A stretch of DNA of 64,000 bases from Eledone cirrhosa (taxonomy: Eukaryota), in contig OZ024742.1 of NCBI GenBank assembly GCA_964016885.1, positions 183,768,001 through 183,832,000 on the forward strand. Reading direction: 5' to 3'. Position 1 is the stretch's first letter. Each line of letters starts with the position of its first letter. Below, piece after piece: positions 26,712 to 40,830 of this stretch. Below the pieces are notes generated by a model. It saw nothing but the letters and a program-made list of their open reading frames with translations. It searched no databases and had not been told where the DNA came from. A program made the position numbers and the translations under genes.

Positions 26712-26890
26712 GTGAGGGTGGACTGGAAATTTCACAGGCTGACTATAAAGGAGTGGTGCTAGAGCTGTAAAATGCTTCATGCATTAATTTAAACCCTTCT
26801 TACTAATAACCACATTGTTTCTTTTCAGAGAGTATGTTGGAAAATAAACTTCATTTGGTCATTCCATGAGAGTATCTTGGTCAGCCAACC
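26712..26890. mobile_element. Mariner-like MITE remnant
   Basis: Starts TGAGGGTGGACTGGAAATTTCACAGGCTGAC, with a partial inverted end GTCAGCC. Confidence 0.35.
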
Positions 26891-26920
26891 CACGCATATA
26901 TATATATTCTCTCTCTATAT

Positions 26921-26951
<31 letters not shown>

Positions 26952-26952
<1 letters not shown>

Positions 26953-27195
26953 GTAGAAGTTCTATTTAAATTGTTGGGATACAACAAGCAAATATGTTTA
27001 TAACTGATATAAAGCGCTCAACAAATTATTGGAGTAAAAATACGATATATTAACAAATGGAAACTATATTTATAAAACCATATTTATTTCATTATAAATA
27101 TTTCAAGGACACGAAGCTAAATTATGGTGCGCTTTCATCAGATAAAATATAATTTAGAGAATGCGACCATTTCTGTTGGAAGCTCCCGGATAGTG

Positions 27196-27200
<5 letters not shown>
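26952..27200 (-). mobile_element. Family C copy with hammerhead (27085-27149)
   Basis: Minus strand: TATTTTAT-CTGATGA-AAGCGCAC..GTGTCCTT-GAAA-TATTTAT-A-ATGAAATA. Confidence 0.75.
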
Positions 27201-27256
<56 letters not shown>

Positions 27257-27716
27257 TATATAATTAAAGATGGGTTTCCGAAGCGGATTAGCAGGAAACC
27301 ACATCAAAAATAACATACTCAATACGTTAATAGAGAAGACACATTTTATTTTATACAGAGTAAAAATGACTTCTACGTAGCTAGAGATGTCAGGAATGTC
27401 AGCTATAATTGGTCAAGTTCGGTATTTATAGATTTCTTTGTGGTAGGTAATAAGAGGTAAAATAGGGGAGGAATATATGTATGTGTATATATATATATAT
27501 ATATATATAACTTTATTTTATCATGAGTTAAGGCTCTATTGATTTTTCCCCGGATTTCACTAAATTCTGTTGGATAAATCTATATCCTGATTCTTTTTGA
27601 ATTGAATTTGAATTACTTTTCCCACATCTTACGTTAACTATTTTCCCATTTTGACGCTATAGTCACTTATATATTATGGAAAACTGTTGGCTTCTTGCTA
27701 CAATAATTTCTATACT

Positions 27717-27791
<75 letters not shown>

Positions 27792-27795
<4 letters not shown>

Positions 27796-28000
27796 GCTGA
27801 GTCGTTAGAGAACTGGATTCGCAATCGTAAGGTTGTGACGCGATTCCTGGTCCGGGCAATGCGTTATGTCCTTGAGCAAGACACTTTATTTCACGTTGCT
27901 CCTTCTACCTGGAGTTGCGACCGATAGATAGTATTAGCAATTGGAAAGACCAACGGAAACATTGTTCCCTCGGTCCGATTTGACGAAAGTCGATCGTTCC
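27792..28000 (+). mobile_element. CORE-type SINE, internally deleted
   Basis: tRNA-like head and GTCCTTGAGCAAGACACTTTATTTCACGTTGCTCC. Confidence 0.7.
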
Positions 28001-28132
28001 TCATATATATATATTATGTATGAATAGATATATGCAAATGCATGTATACATACACACACACACACACACATATATATATATGTAAATGCATGTATACATA
28101 CACACACATACACACACATATATATGTAAATG

Positions 28133-28182
<50 letters not shown>

Positions 28183-28334
28183 TATATAAGAGAGAGGGAG
28201 GGAGGGAGTGAGATAGAGGGAGAGAGAGAAGGTGAGTGAGTAATAGAGAATGAGAGATGAGATGTTACTAGTTAAAACCAGCAAAGACCATTCTTCAACT
28301 TAGCATTGCATTCTTAAGCCAAGTAATAAGTAGT

Positions 28335-28682
28335 TATTTACGTTCTGAGTTCAGATCTTGTCAAGGTTAGCTTTGCCTTTCATCCTTATGGGGTCAATAA
28401 AATAAAGTACCAGTAATGCACTGGAGTAGATTTAATAGACCCCACTCCCTAAAATTGCTGACCTTGTGCCTAAATTGGAAACCAAAGATTAGTGGATTGG
28501 CAGTATCAGTAGAGGGTCGGACGCCATGCTTTGCAGCATAGAGTTTCACCCCGTTGCGGCCTGATTTCAAATCCCGCCGAAGTTAACTTAGCCTTTTATC
28601 TTCACGGCGTCGTTATAAATAAAGTACCAGTAATACACTGGGATAATTGCTGGCCTTTTGCCAAATGTAGAAACAATTATTA
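28335..28682 (+). mobile_element. Two tandem Meta-domain SINEs (long form then short form)
   Basis: Family match. Confidence 0.85.
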
Positions 28683-28784
28683 CCCTCATTATATACGGTT
28701 TATATATCCCATATACACACACACATACTTATATGTGTGGGTGTGTGTGCATATATATATACATATATCTATATAGATATATTT

Positions 28785-28900
28785 ATTAAAATAATAGATT
28801 AAAGTTAAAGCAAAGAATCGCTGCTTTCACCCTTAACGGGATCTTCTGAAACGTTATCGAACCCTCTTGGGATTTTAGTCTTCAAATTTATTATTATTAC
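28785..28900 (-). mobile_element. TA-embedded repeat family D, fullest copy
   Basis: Contains the segments seen separately at 7652, 14015, 29897 and 61860. Confidence 0.75.
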
Positions 28901-28933
28901 TATATATATATATATATATGCATGTATGTATGT

Positions 28934-28980
<47 letters not shown>

Positions 28981-29001
28981 ATATATATATATGTATGCAT
29001 G

Positions 29002-29050
<49 letters not shown>

Positions 29051-29077
29051 ACATACATACATGCATACATATATTAT

Positions 29078-29162
<85 letters not shown>

Positions 29163-29176
29163 TGTATGTATGTAGG

Positions 29177-29251
<75 letters not shown>

Positions 29252-29269
29252 ATATGTAGGTATATATGT

Positions 29270-29341
<72 letters not shown>

Positions 29342-29918
29342 GTATGTATCTATGTATCTATGTTTCTATGTAAATATGTATATAAACGTGAGAAGTCCTG
29401 CGTTCGAGTAAAAAAGAATATTCTTGGAAACGACAGAATTAATAACACGAACAAAATAAATGGAACATTAAATATTAAGGAATATTGCAGTGAAATATAA
29501 TTTCAATTATCTAATTGCTATTAAATATACAGCCATTTTATTACAATCTAAGGAAAATATTTCAAATATTTGTATTCTTTTATTCTTTTAGTGGTTTCAG
29601 TAATTAGACTGCAGCCTTGTTGAAGCACCGCCTTGAAATAATTTAGTAAATCATAGCGACTCCTTTTTATATTGTTTATTTTATCAATTTTTTTTCTTTT
29701 TCTTGTAGAACCGCTACGTTACGTGCCATAACCACAATCATGTAAACACACATACACGTATATATATATAAATAATGGTCTGCTCATGCGCGGTGATGCT
29801 AAAAATATATTATAAAATAGGGTGAAGGCCCTTAAAGTTTGAAAAAGATGTTGGCGATGGCAACTGCAGGGTTCTTATATATTTGATATATATTTATAGT
29901 CTTCACATTTATTATTAT

Positions 29919-30005
<87 letters not shown>

Positions 30006-31169
30006 TTTATTGTGGCTAAGTATTGAGTCTTGTTACTCTGGAGTTTCACTTGCACACTCTCAGTAACAAGACTCACTACTTAGTCATACTAAATGAATAT
30101 TTAAACTCTACTTTTTTCTCGTCCGTCAACTACATATATATATATATATGCAAAAGCCCATCATATATATATATATATATGATGGGCTTTTGCAAGTTTC
30201 CATCTACCAAATTCTACTCACAAAGCATTGGTGAACCAGAAACACGTGCTTGTCGAACGAACTCCTTAACCACACAGCCTTGCCTACGCCAATATATTTT
30301 GAAAGATTATGTAACGACACACTTGTACATTGAAATGATTCTGTCTTTATATCTAGATTTTATTCTCGTTTATATTTTATATTTTAAAGTAAGAACAATT
30401 AAAAAATATACAGTTGCAGAAAAAGTAATTACAGACGCTGCAACAATAGTCTTATTATAGAGCAGCTTTATTGGCTACTTCTGTAGACGATAAAGAAATT
30501 ACATTTTCTGCTCCACTGAACATTAAAGGAACCGTTAACAATAAACACCATGCATTTCATTAAATGCATTTATTTTAGAAAGCAATGAAAAGAGCTCTCC
30601 ATTGTCCCCGTCCAGAAGCAATAGTTATTAAGCAAAAATATTAATGATTCTAATAATTCAATGTAATTTCAGATGCAATTAAATATTAATAATTTGAACC
30701 ATTAACTAAGAAATCAAGTGAAGTGGAGTGGCTGAAACAGTAATTAGCTACGTCCCTTTATGTTCTCACTTGAAACATATATAGGTCAACATTACCTTTC
30801 ACTTCCTTCCCTCTAGAACTATAAAAGGAATTCTAGCAATGAAATGTATCGATTCTATATACATCCCTACAAATCTGTGCAGACCTGTGCCAAATTTAGG
30901 CATCCTTTTCACTAAAGTAATCAATACATATAAACATCTTTGCTTTTTTTTTTTTTCGCTCTGAAATACGTTGGTTTTGGTATTATATACAATGGTCTTA
31001 TATTAATGGATTGTATGTATTAAACAATTAAATAGAATTAAATAGAATTAAATAGATAAAATTATACAATATTTTACTTATTCATGTTTAATTAATATAA
31101 ACAATCCATCTAATATAAATATTATATCATAAAATAGAATATTTGTGGTGCTTGTTGCACCTTTGTCAA

Positions 31170-31465
31170 CTCCAATGACGAATGTTCTAGTTGGTCGAAC
31201 AAGGAAATAATCTGTTTCTGAAATTAACGAACATATGGGTAAGCATTCCATAGACACGTGTACCCTTAACGCAATTCTCATGGTGATTCAGCGTGACACG
31301 GAGTGTGGCAAGGTTGACTGGCCCGTTTGAAATACAGGTACGAATCATTTTTTTTCCACTTGAGCGAACTAGAGCAATGTAAAATAATGTTCCTTGCTCA
31401 AGGACACTGCGCATCACCGGTTAACTCATGACCATACGGTGTTAAGTCAAACACCCTAACCATCA
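31170..31465 (-). mobile_element. CORE-type SINE with GACACGTGTACCCTTAACG tail
   Basis: Homologous to ~38395-38580, ~43805-44110 and ~60400-60640 (-) and ~54935-55210 (+). Confidence 0.75.
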
Positions 31466-31959
31466 AAATATTCGCAATACATCAATAATAAGTCAACATT
31501 TATTAGAGATTGACATTTTAAAATCTTTCTTTATCTTAAGGAAACTAGAAATATAAAAGTTTTGAATAAAATATTATATTACACAGCTTTTGTATACAAA
31601 TGTCATAGAGTGTATCTCATCTACAATAGGAATACTGTGGTGCAGATAAGCTTCCGGAGAGCTATCAAGTACGCGAAGCGATGTCTCACGTTGATAATGC
31701 CCTTGAAAAAGGCCTAAATATTACAAACACCCTTACCCTCCACTTCTAACATTTTCAGTCTTTTACCTAGCTTTAGAACGCAAAGTGAAGCAAGTAACAG
31801 AGATGCAATTACAAAGGCCGAACATCCTGAGTCCGGAAACGGATATGCTTTTAAGACAAGTGGCATATCACCATAACAACACAGAGGCGTATATAGATAG
31901 GCTGCAATAGTTACATCTATAAACAGCTATAGATGACTAATGTACAGGCACACATCTAC

Positions 31960-31964
<5 letters not shown>

Positions 31965-31996
<32 letters not shown>

Positions 31997-32018
31997 TAGG
32001 TATATATATATTAATAGG

Positions 32019-32051
<33 letters not shown>

Positions 32052-32075
32052 ATAAATACATATATATATAAATAC

Positions 32076-32106
<31 letters not shown>

Positions 32107-32121
32107 CATATATATATATAC

Positions 32122-32152
<31 letters not shown>

Positions 32153-32195
32153 CATATATATATACATATATATATATATACATATATATATATAC

Positions 32196-32226
<31 letters not shown>

Positions 32227-32239
32227 CATATATATATAC

Positions 32240-32272
<33 letters not shown>

Positions 32273-32341
32273 CATATATATATACATATATATATATATA
32301 TACATATATATATACATATATATATACATATATATATATAC

Positions 32342-32388
<47 letters not shown>

Positions 32389-32401
32389 CATATATATATA
32401 C

Positions 32402-32434
<33 letters not shown>

Positions 32435-32566
32435 CATACATATATATATACCTATTAATATAGATATAGATATATATATATATTAATATATATATATACC
32501 TATTAATATATATATATACCTATTAATATATATATATATACCTATTAATATATATATATATACCTA

Positions 32567-32601
<35 letters not shown>

Positions 32602-32602
32602 A

Positions 32603-32637
<35 letters not shown>

Positions 32638-32638
32638 A

Positions 32639-32700
<62 letters not shown>
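31965..32700. repeat. Compound TA/TACA array with inverted CCTATTAATA motifs
   Basis: TATTAATAGG twice on the left side and CCTATTAATA several times on the right side. Confidence 0.9.
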
Positions 32701-32702
<2 letters not shown>

Positions 32703-32783
32703 GGAAAATTTGAACAGGAACAAAACAGAGGCAGTACAACGAATGTTTATTAATTTCACGCTCTGGAGAGTGGGGTGGTGGTG

Positions 32784-32851
<68 letters not shown>

Positions 32852-34626
32852 TTGTTTGTATGGATGGATGGATGCATATACGTATGTATAGGTGGGTTGG
32901 TTTATAAACAGGTAAACATAAATCAAGTTTCTATTCGTTGTAAGTTGAATACACAGGGTTCTAGGTAAACGTATTGTGTATTATACCCAGTGATCTACAG
33001 GTTACTGCCCAATATCGTAATACTTCATTTGACAATTCATCTCTTGTACTAATTGTATTACAGATACACACTAATATTTGACGGGGGGGAAATCCACATT
33101 CTCTATTGCAATCTGTATTAAATGTAAGGGCTAGTAACTCTTGATGGTGTAGAATAGGGGCACCCGTAACCCTGTCGACGTTTTGGGGAGAGAGAGAGAG
33201 AGAGAGAGATTTAGGAGAAGTATCGACCCCAGTACTGGACTGATACTGTTTTATCAACCTCGAAAGGATTAAAAACAAAGTTAACATCAGCGGAATTTAA
33301 ACTCGGAGAGCACATAAAGCTAGAGAGAGAGTACGGCAAAACATTCTATCTGACCTTCTTACGATTGTGCCAATTCGATGTATGCAACCTTTATTGCATG
33401 CATGCTCCTGTAACTCCCGGGGGAGTTGCAGCGGCGCCCTATTGACATACCGAGTTTCTAGAGCATTTTAAACTTGGCAGAGCCTATTTCCTCTCCAGGT
33501 CTGAATACAGTAAATTTCTTCCAAAGAAGGGTAGAGACTGAGAGAATGGAAATTAGAAAGTGATATAGGGAAGAATCGTCCCTAGTAGTGGATTGGTTCT
33601 TTTTTTTACCGATCTAGAATGAATGAAAGGCAAAGTTAACCAAGGCGGGATTTGAACTCAGAGACCATATAGAGCATGAACAAATACAGCAAACTCTTCC
33701 ATCTGACATTCTAACGACTCTGTCAATTCATCGCACGCAATTGTATTACTGCTGTGGAATAACAGAAGTAGACATTTTAAAGAGTTCAAATCACAGGCAA
33801 TAAACTATTTTCTTTTTTTAACTGGCATCTACGAATCTACATATACATCATTCCTGGTTTGTTTATATACATTTGTAGTGTTTTAGATGCTTTGTTATGT
33901 AAATCAATAATAAAATTAGGACAGACACAAGGAAAACAAGCTTTCGTAACTTTACAAAGATTTCTTTTTGACTCTGTTCACAATTACTAAATGAACAGTC
34001 GCAATGGACCTTATGAAGCCTTACTTTGTTTAGTCTACCTACTGGATAAATCTTCTACAGGGAAACTGCGGGTCGTATTATACCATGGCCAGGATCCTAG
34101 GTTTTGAAGTACTTAGGACCCTCTTTAGTGTGTTTCTCTGAGTACAGTGCCTCAAAGTTAAAAAAAAATAATAATTGACCGGTCCATATTCCGTGTGAGG
34201 CCTCTAGGCTTCATCCTTCTGAATAATACAGCCACTTGAAAAATGTGTCACTATACATGTCTATTTGAAGTATTAAGCATCCACTTCAACATGAAGCAAC
34301 ATGATTAATTAGGAGTTATTTAGCAAGCTCGGCTAAAATTTGTTCCATTAATGTCTAACATAGTTCGATCTTCCATCTTTGTTTTAACACTTTCGTTACT
34401 AAATTTCTACGAATTTCAAATAAATTTTAAATATTAAAAAATTTGAATCGATTTAGTAATATGATTTCTCGATATTAAATTAGTGCTTGGAACACCAAGT
34501 TTTTTTGTTCATAGAATTATGATGGAAGATTTTTAGATAAATATAAACATTAAAAAATATTTTTTTTATAGTAGAACAAAATATCTGTCTGATTTAGTTC
34601 CTTATTTAGACGGTACGGTTGTCAAG

Positions 34627-34700
34627 AGGCCCTTAGTTCAATGGTCAAAGCACCGAGACGGTATCTAGGAGATACGGAGTTCGAACCTTCGTAGCGTCCA
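34627..34700 (+). pseudogene. tRNA-like cloverleaf (non-functional or element-associated)
   Basis: TAGTTCAATGG A box, T arm CGGAG-TTCGAAC-CTTCG, anticodon arm CCGAG-ACGGTAT-CTAGG. The acceptor stem is mismatched and U33 is absent. Confidence 0.6.
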
Positions 34701-35042
34701 CAGGCAACAATTACCCGTCTCTAACGGTCTTTTCCCGATTTTTATAAGCTATTTTATAGCAACTGACAGTAATTTCAGTTATTTTCTGCATCTGAACTCC
34801 CTACATGTTATAAATTTATTTCCTCGGCGCTTAGTAAGTTAAATAATTCGAGCTTCACGCGACGAATAATGATTATATATATATATATATATAAGACTGA
34901 AAAAGAGCCAGACATAGAGAGAGAATGAGAGAAAATAACAAGTTTTTTTAGTAGAAACGGTAATGTGTTGGGCAATTTTAGTTAAATTCCCAGCCAAGGC
35001 GGCCGTTAGCATTCACAAACAATAAAAACAACAACAATTATA

Positions 35043-35073
<31 letters not shown>

Positions 35074-37588
35074 TTCGTTTGACATTATCTCAACAAGATT
35101 AATTTTTCAGTCCAAAATGAAATCACGAATATATTTTATAAATTACTGTACTTTTCACTGTACATTTTTAAATAAATACTAACTACAAAAATATTCTAAT
35201 ATATATATTTTATAAATATTAGTTGATTTCTTGTTGAAGTCATGATTATATTTCATATGTGATGCAATAAAATATTTCTAATTTATTCTTTACATTCTTA
35301 TTAAGACAAAATGTGCAACAATAAACCCTATCACTAATCCTAACCCTGGTAGACTTAACCCACCATCTGATCCTTGGTTGCTTTAGTGAAGTTCATTCTG
35401 TTGCAAGTATTCGGACCAGTTTTCTGGTTTGAAAATACAGTTTTCTTCCATATCTACAAATTTAGGGGGCCCTGAAAAGGATCTCTTCCTGATGAAAACA
35501 GTAAAAAAAGAAGAATACAAAAACTGCAAAACACAAGAGAAAGGAGCCGATCATCATACCGGACCATAGCAACTGTGTTTCCATAAGCCTTTGCCTTGCT
35601 GATAGTATCCATGAAAGAAAGTGGAATTTAGGCCCATAACACACAGCGCTGAAACCTATCCCGCAATGCATCAAGTCGTCTCTGAAATGGTACTATATCT
35701 ACCAACCTCGAAAGGATGAAAAACAAAAGAGAACCGGAACAAATACTGAGGCATTTCCTCCGACGTTCTAACGATTCTGCCAATTCACCGACAACAACAA
35801 AGAAGAAGAAGAAGAAAAACAAAAACAAAAACAAAAAAAAAAAAACAACAGAAATCTATTCCCAAAATGGTGGTGCAAATTGACAGGAAGTAAACAAAAT
35901 TAGCGAAACTGAAACCAAACGGAAATGAAAAGACAATTTTTTGTTTTAAATGAATAAACGACTGCACTGCAGGAATGCCTATTATTAATTTTAACTATCT
36001 CGCTAGAACATTCTGTCCTTATTTCTTTCTTGCTTTACTTTCCCTTATCCCTCTCTCATTTCACCTGTCCCTCTCTTTTCCTTCGTAACCCCCTAATAAT
36101 ATACTCTCTTTAGCCAGCTGTTATAGTCTGGCTCTTCTATCGAGTTACCCACATTCTCTCTCTCACTTCCCCTACCGTCTCTTTATTTCTATCTCTCCCC
36201 TTCTTTCGCCTCACTCTCTCTCTCTCTTTATCTATCTATCTATCTATCTATCTGTGTCTCCCACTCGCTAACTATCTCTTACTGTCTCTCCCCACCACCA
36301 TTACACTCACTAGCTACCTCGTTCTCGTCTTTCTCTCGTGTTTAGCGACTTTTCCCCCGTCGGACAATAGGTCACAGTTCTGCCAATTATTGATAAGACT
36401 ATAGGGTATAATGATTTCTAACTTAAGCACAAGACCAGTAAATTTGGGGTAGTACCCAGTACTTAATTGATACTTTATTTTATCCCCCACCCCCACCCAG
36501 GAGGATAAAAAGCAAAGCTAATCTCGACGAGGGTTAAACTCAGAGCGTAGAGAGCCGGAACGAATACTGCAAAGCTAATAAGAAACAGTTTATTCATTAG
36601 ATGAATCTGTAATAATGTTGATTCCCTACAATTTCTTATATATAGATTAAAATATCTTCAATAAACAATGGTATTTGATAAGTAGCTATTCGTGACTAAA
36701 CGCTCATAAAATTATATCTCAATAAGAAATGTAATGTTAAACTATACCAGATACATAGCCGCAGTCTAATGGTAGAAAGAATTAAAAGACAAAAAGATTT
36801 TCTTTAAAAAAATATATATATATTTCTTAAATTTAAAAATACTTTTCTGTTAAGCAATGTCATACCGAAATTTTCCATCATACACATATATATATAAGAT
36901 ATATTTGATTTATAGTAAAAAATACAAGTCTAAAATGTATTTAAATCCATATGTACATAGATAAAGTTAAAGGGTACTTAACTACTGATGGAGTCTTAGT
37001 GGCACCATCTTGACACACGGCATTCCTTAGGCATTTTAAACCTGGTGAAGCTCAATACTCTCAAGGCCGGAAAACTGCCAACTTCTTCCAGAGAGAGTGA
37101 GGTGGTGGAAGCGAGAGAGAAAGGCGGGGAAATCAACTTTAGTATTCAACTGGTATTTTATCGACCTCGAAAGGATGAAAAGCAAAGTGAATGTCAGCGA
37201 AATTTGAACTCCGAACGTAGTGTGCCGGAGCATACCAAGATATTTTAAAATCTGTCACTCTACCAATTCGCCGCCTATATGTAAATAAAAACTCAGCTAA
37301 TTCGAGTGTTTATTTTAGAAAAAAAGGAAGAAAAAAATCACATGAATTTTCTCATGACCTCTTTTGCTCCTCTTACATTCGGCGAGGTCAAAACTGCCTA
37401 ACACAAACTGTATTCTGGTTTTAGTTATCATAGAATAGCCATGCTGGGGCACCTCCTTCATTTATTCTATCATGCTTTTATGGTACTTATTGTCTGGTAC
37501 TTATTTTATCAATCTGTTTTTCACTAAGTTGCGGAACACAAACACAGACAGATACACAAACATAAGCATAGACACATACGTGTGTATG

Positions 37589-37657
<69 letters not shown>

Positions 37658-37666
37658 TTAATAAAG

Positions 37667-37773
<107 letters not shown>

Positions 37774-39047
37774 ACAGGCTTTTGAAGTTTCTACCAAATT
37801 CCACTCACAAGGCAATATTAGCTGGACTGAACCCAGAACCACGTCCTTTCGAAGCGAACTTCTTAACCACACTGCCACGCCTAGTCTTTTCTATTCATAA
37901 AACACTAGCGAAAGAATAAGTATGAACTTATCTGTTTATGTTTTTTTATAAACAAATATAAATGTCTTTTTTTTGTACTTGAGTTTATTAATTGTTACCG
38001 ACTGGTAGCGTTGTTTCCATCTGTAAAACCGAGAAAAAAATTTGAAAAATGTGTATTGAATAGAGGTAACTGTAAGTAACGGCCATATGTTTGGTATTAA
38101 TGGTAACACGAGCTACATTTAGCGACACTAACTGAAACAATAGTCGCAACAGCAGTAACAACAACAGAATTAGCAAAACCAGCAGTGAAAATAAGAGTGG
38201 CAATAATCATTCATTACTTAAACAGAAGACCACACACTTTAAAGAGAGGGGAATGGGATACTGAGATGTATATGGTTTCTTAAGGGTATTAACGACTAAG
38301 GTTACGTGAATTACCTTCAACCGGTAATTAGGCTTGGCGGGAACTTAAAACTTGCTCTACCGTCTTCATAACATTCTAATAATAATGGAATGGACCTCCG
38401 TCGATTTCAGTGATGAGTGTTCCTCTAATTATTTGATCAACAGAACTGCCTGCTCGTGAAATTTACATGCAAGTGTTACACATTCTACAGACAAGAGTAC
38501 TCTTAACGTAGTTCTCCGGGAAATTCAGCGTGGCACATCGTGTGATAAAGCTAGACTTTTGAATTACAGATACACTCTATCCAATGGGCTTCCAAACCGT
38601 TTCCGTCTACCGAATTTCACTCAAAATGACACGCTCAAGATGTCAGGTAGTGGAGTTGAACCTGGAACTTTCGGATAGCGAAGCTAACTTTTTAACAATT
38701 TAGCCATAATAATGGTTTTAGCAGCAAGATATGAATAGAAATTCTTACAATAAAAGGTGTTTCGTATACACACAGTGACGGGGAGAAATTATATAATATC
38801 AAATATTAACGACAGGAGGAAAGAAATTTAAGTGAGAAAGACTATATTACAGGACGAGGGCAGTAACTAGAATTGTGGCGATATGCCAAAGGTTTTTCCT
38901 CTATTGAATTAGATACAACAGAAATCAAAACCAAAACAAAAAAATGATACGTCTGAGGATTGACTTCGCAATTACTTTATCTTGAATAAAAGGTAAAGTA
39001 CAACAGCAACAACAGAAATAACAGAAGGAACACAACAACAACAATCG

Positions 39048-39360
39048 AGATTGTTGCTACTGGATCTACCTGGATATTTCTCAACAGCAACATCCATAGT
39101 TGATTGCTACTGGATCTACCTGGGTATTTCTCAAAAACAATATACATGAATGATTACTGCTGGATCTACCTGGATATTTCTCAACAGCTGTAATATTCCG
39201 GGTTGCCATTGGATCTAAGCGGATATTTCTCAACAAGAGTAACATCCAGAGCTGATTGCTATTGGATCAACATGGTTATTTTTCCGGGGATGCTGTTGAT
39301 GGAACTATGCGGATATTTTATCAACAACAGTAACATCTAGGGATGATTGCTACTGTATCG
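39048..39360. repeat. ~50-bp degenerate minisatellite, about 6 copies
   Basis: GATTGCTACTGGATCTACCTGGATATTTCTCAACA recurs with indels. Confidence 0.85.
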
Positions 39361-40569
39361 TTCGAGCTGTATATCCCCTTTTCATCATAACCAATCTGTC
39401 GTGCGGAAAGTATATGTGTACAGCTACAATTTGTTTTATTGCTCAAGAGGCTCCTTTCAAATCACTCGTCATTTTCTTCTGAATTGATGTCATTAGATGT
39501 AGTACTGACTTCGAAAGCGGAGAAGATATGTGAAAAATATATGAAATCTAAAATTAGGTAGATGGGTGATCTTTGATAATATCATGTTTATGAAACTTCA
39601 ATGTTAAACCAATTATAGGGGAGGAACACTCAGGTCTTACTATAAATGAACTATGGGAATGGACTATTTAAAAAAATTTAAAGGTAAAAGAAAGAACCAA
39701 GAAAATGTCGAGGAGCTGGTATAGTTAAAAACATCCTGAATTATCGATTTTATATTTGTATAGTTTCGGGAGTATCAATACAATTGCCAAGGTGATCGTT
39801 AAAATGAAGTTATATTGGTACTGTGATCAAGCTTAATTAAGATTTTACCTGGAAAATAAATGTAAAGTGAAAGTATATTTTCGATATATAAAAGGCCGGG
39901 ATTTGGCCGCCAGGAAATCTGGGTATCTTCAAAACGATTTCTACTGAATGTAACTGAACCTATAGACACACAATTAATAGGTAACTAAGGTAGGATATTT
40001 TAAGATACAGTTCCAAGAAATATTGACTTATTTAGATGAAAATAGTTTTCATGGAGTAAATTAGTTTTATACCTACATGTTAGTCATATATGCTTCTTCA
40101 CCGTCTTACTGGCCCAAATACTTCAAGGAATTCTGAATGTATTCTGTGTATAGGTACGGAGGAGCATGTGTCACATCAAACCATTTCAGCAGTAGGATGT
40201 ATATAGATTAGAATTTCTAGTAGACTACAATAAATATGACTGCATATTTATGTCATTTGCTTTCTTAAGTTATTCATTAAAATAGCGGATTGTGAGAACT
40301 TAGAATGAATGCAGTTGATAATTCATTGTATTCATTATATGAATACAACTTAAGAGGTTTTGTGCATCTGGTCGAGGAAGCCGTCGTTTTAGAAAGAGAA
40401 GAACAAGATATTTTGAATATATATATAAATTGACTTGCTTGTATAGAAAAACATGCTTCGGCACAATAACATTCTACATAAATCTGAATGAAGTCCAAGT
40501 ACAGTTGTTAAACATTTGTCAAAAAGTTCAAACCCATCAATTCAGCTCATACTATGTGAATCACAGTTC

Positions 40570-40830
40570 ATTACATAATTTCATATAATTGAACATGACT
40601 AAAATGGGCACCGGAACGTCGTTTCTACAGTGAGCTGGAGGTTGAAAACATTTGGTAAAGAGACAATTCAAACGCTACAAGGACTCTCTCAAGTCCTGAA
40701 TGAATTCAGCCTCAATCGAGAAAGCTTCATTCTGAGAGATCAATCTACCTGGCGCAGCTTCGTCAGTAAAATATCTCATAGCATCTATGAAAATTCTGAT
40801 GAGACAAGCTGAGCAGAAGAGTATGTAAGT
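40570..40830 (+). mobile_element. RTE (BovB-like) LINE C-terminal relic
   Basis: FYSELE, QFKRYKDSLKS and DQSTWRSFV in shifted frames. Confidence 0.7.

Noticed and set aside
28820-28855. Canonical hammerhead in family D
   Set aside because: It has CAGAAGA instead of CTGANGA in two copies and no stem III-UH site.
34627-34700. Functional tRNA-Thr(GGT) gene
   Set aside because: The acceptor, D and anticodon stems have mismatches and position 33 is not U.
35327-35347. Telomere-like TAACCC motifs
   Set aside because: Only one or two degenerate units are present.
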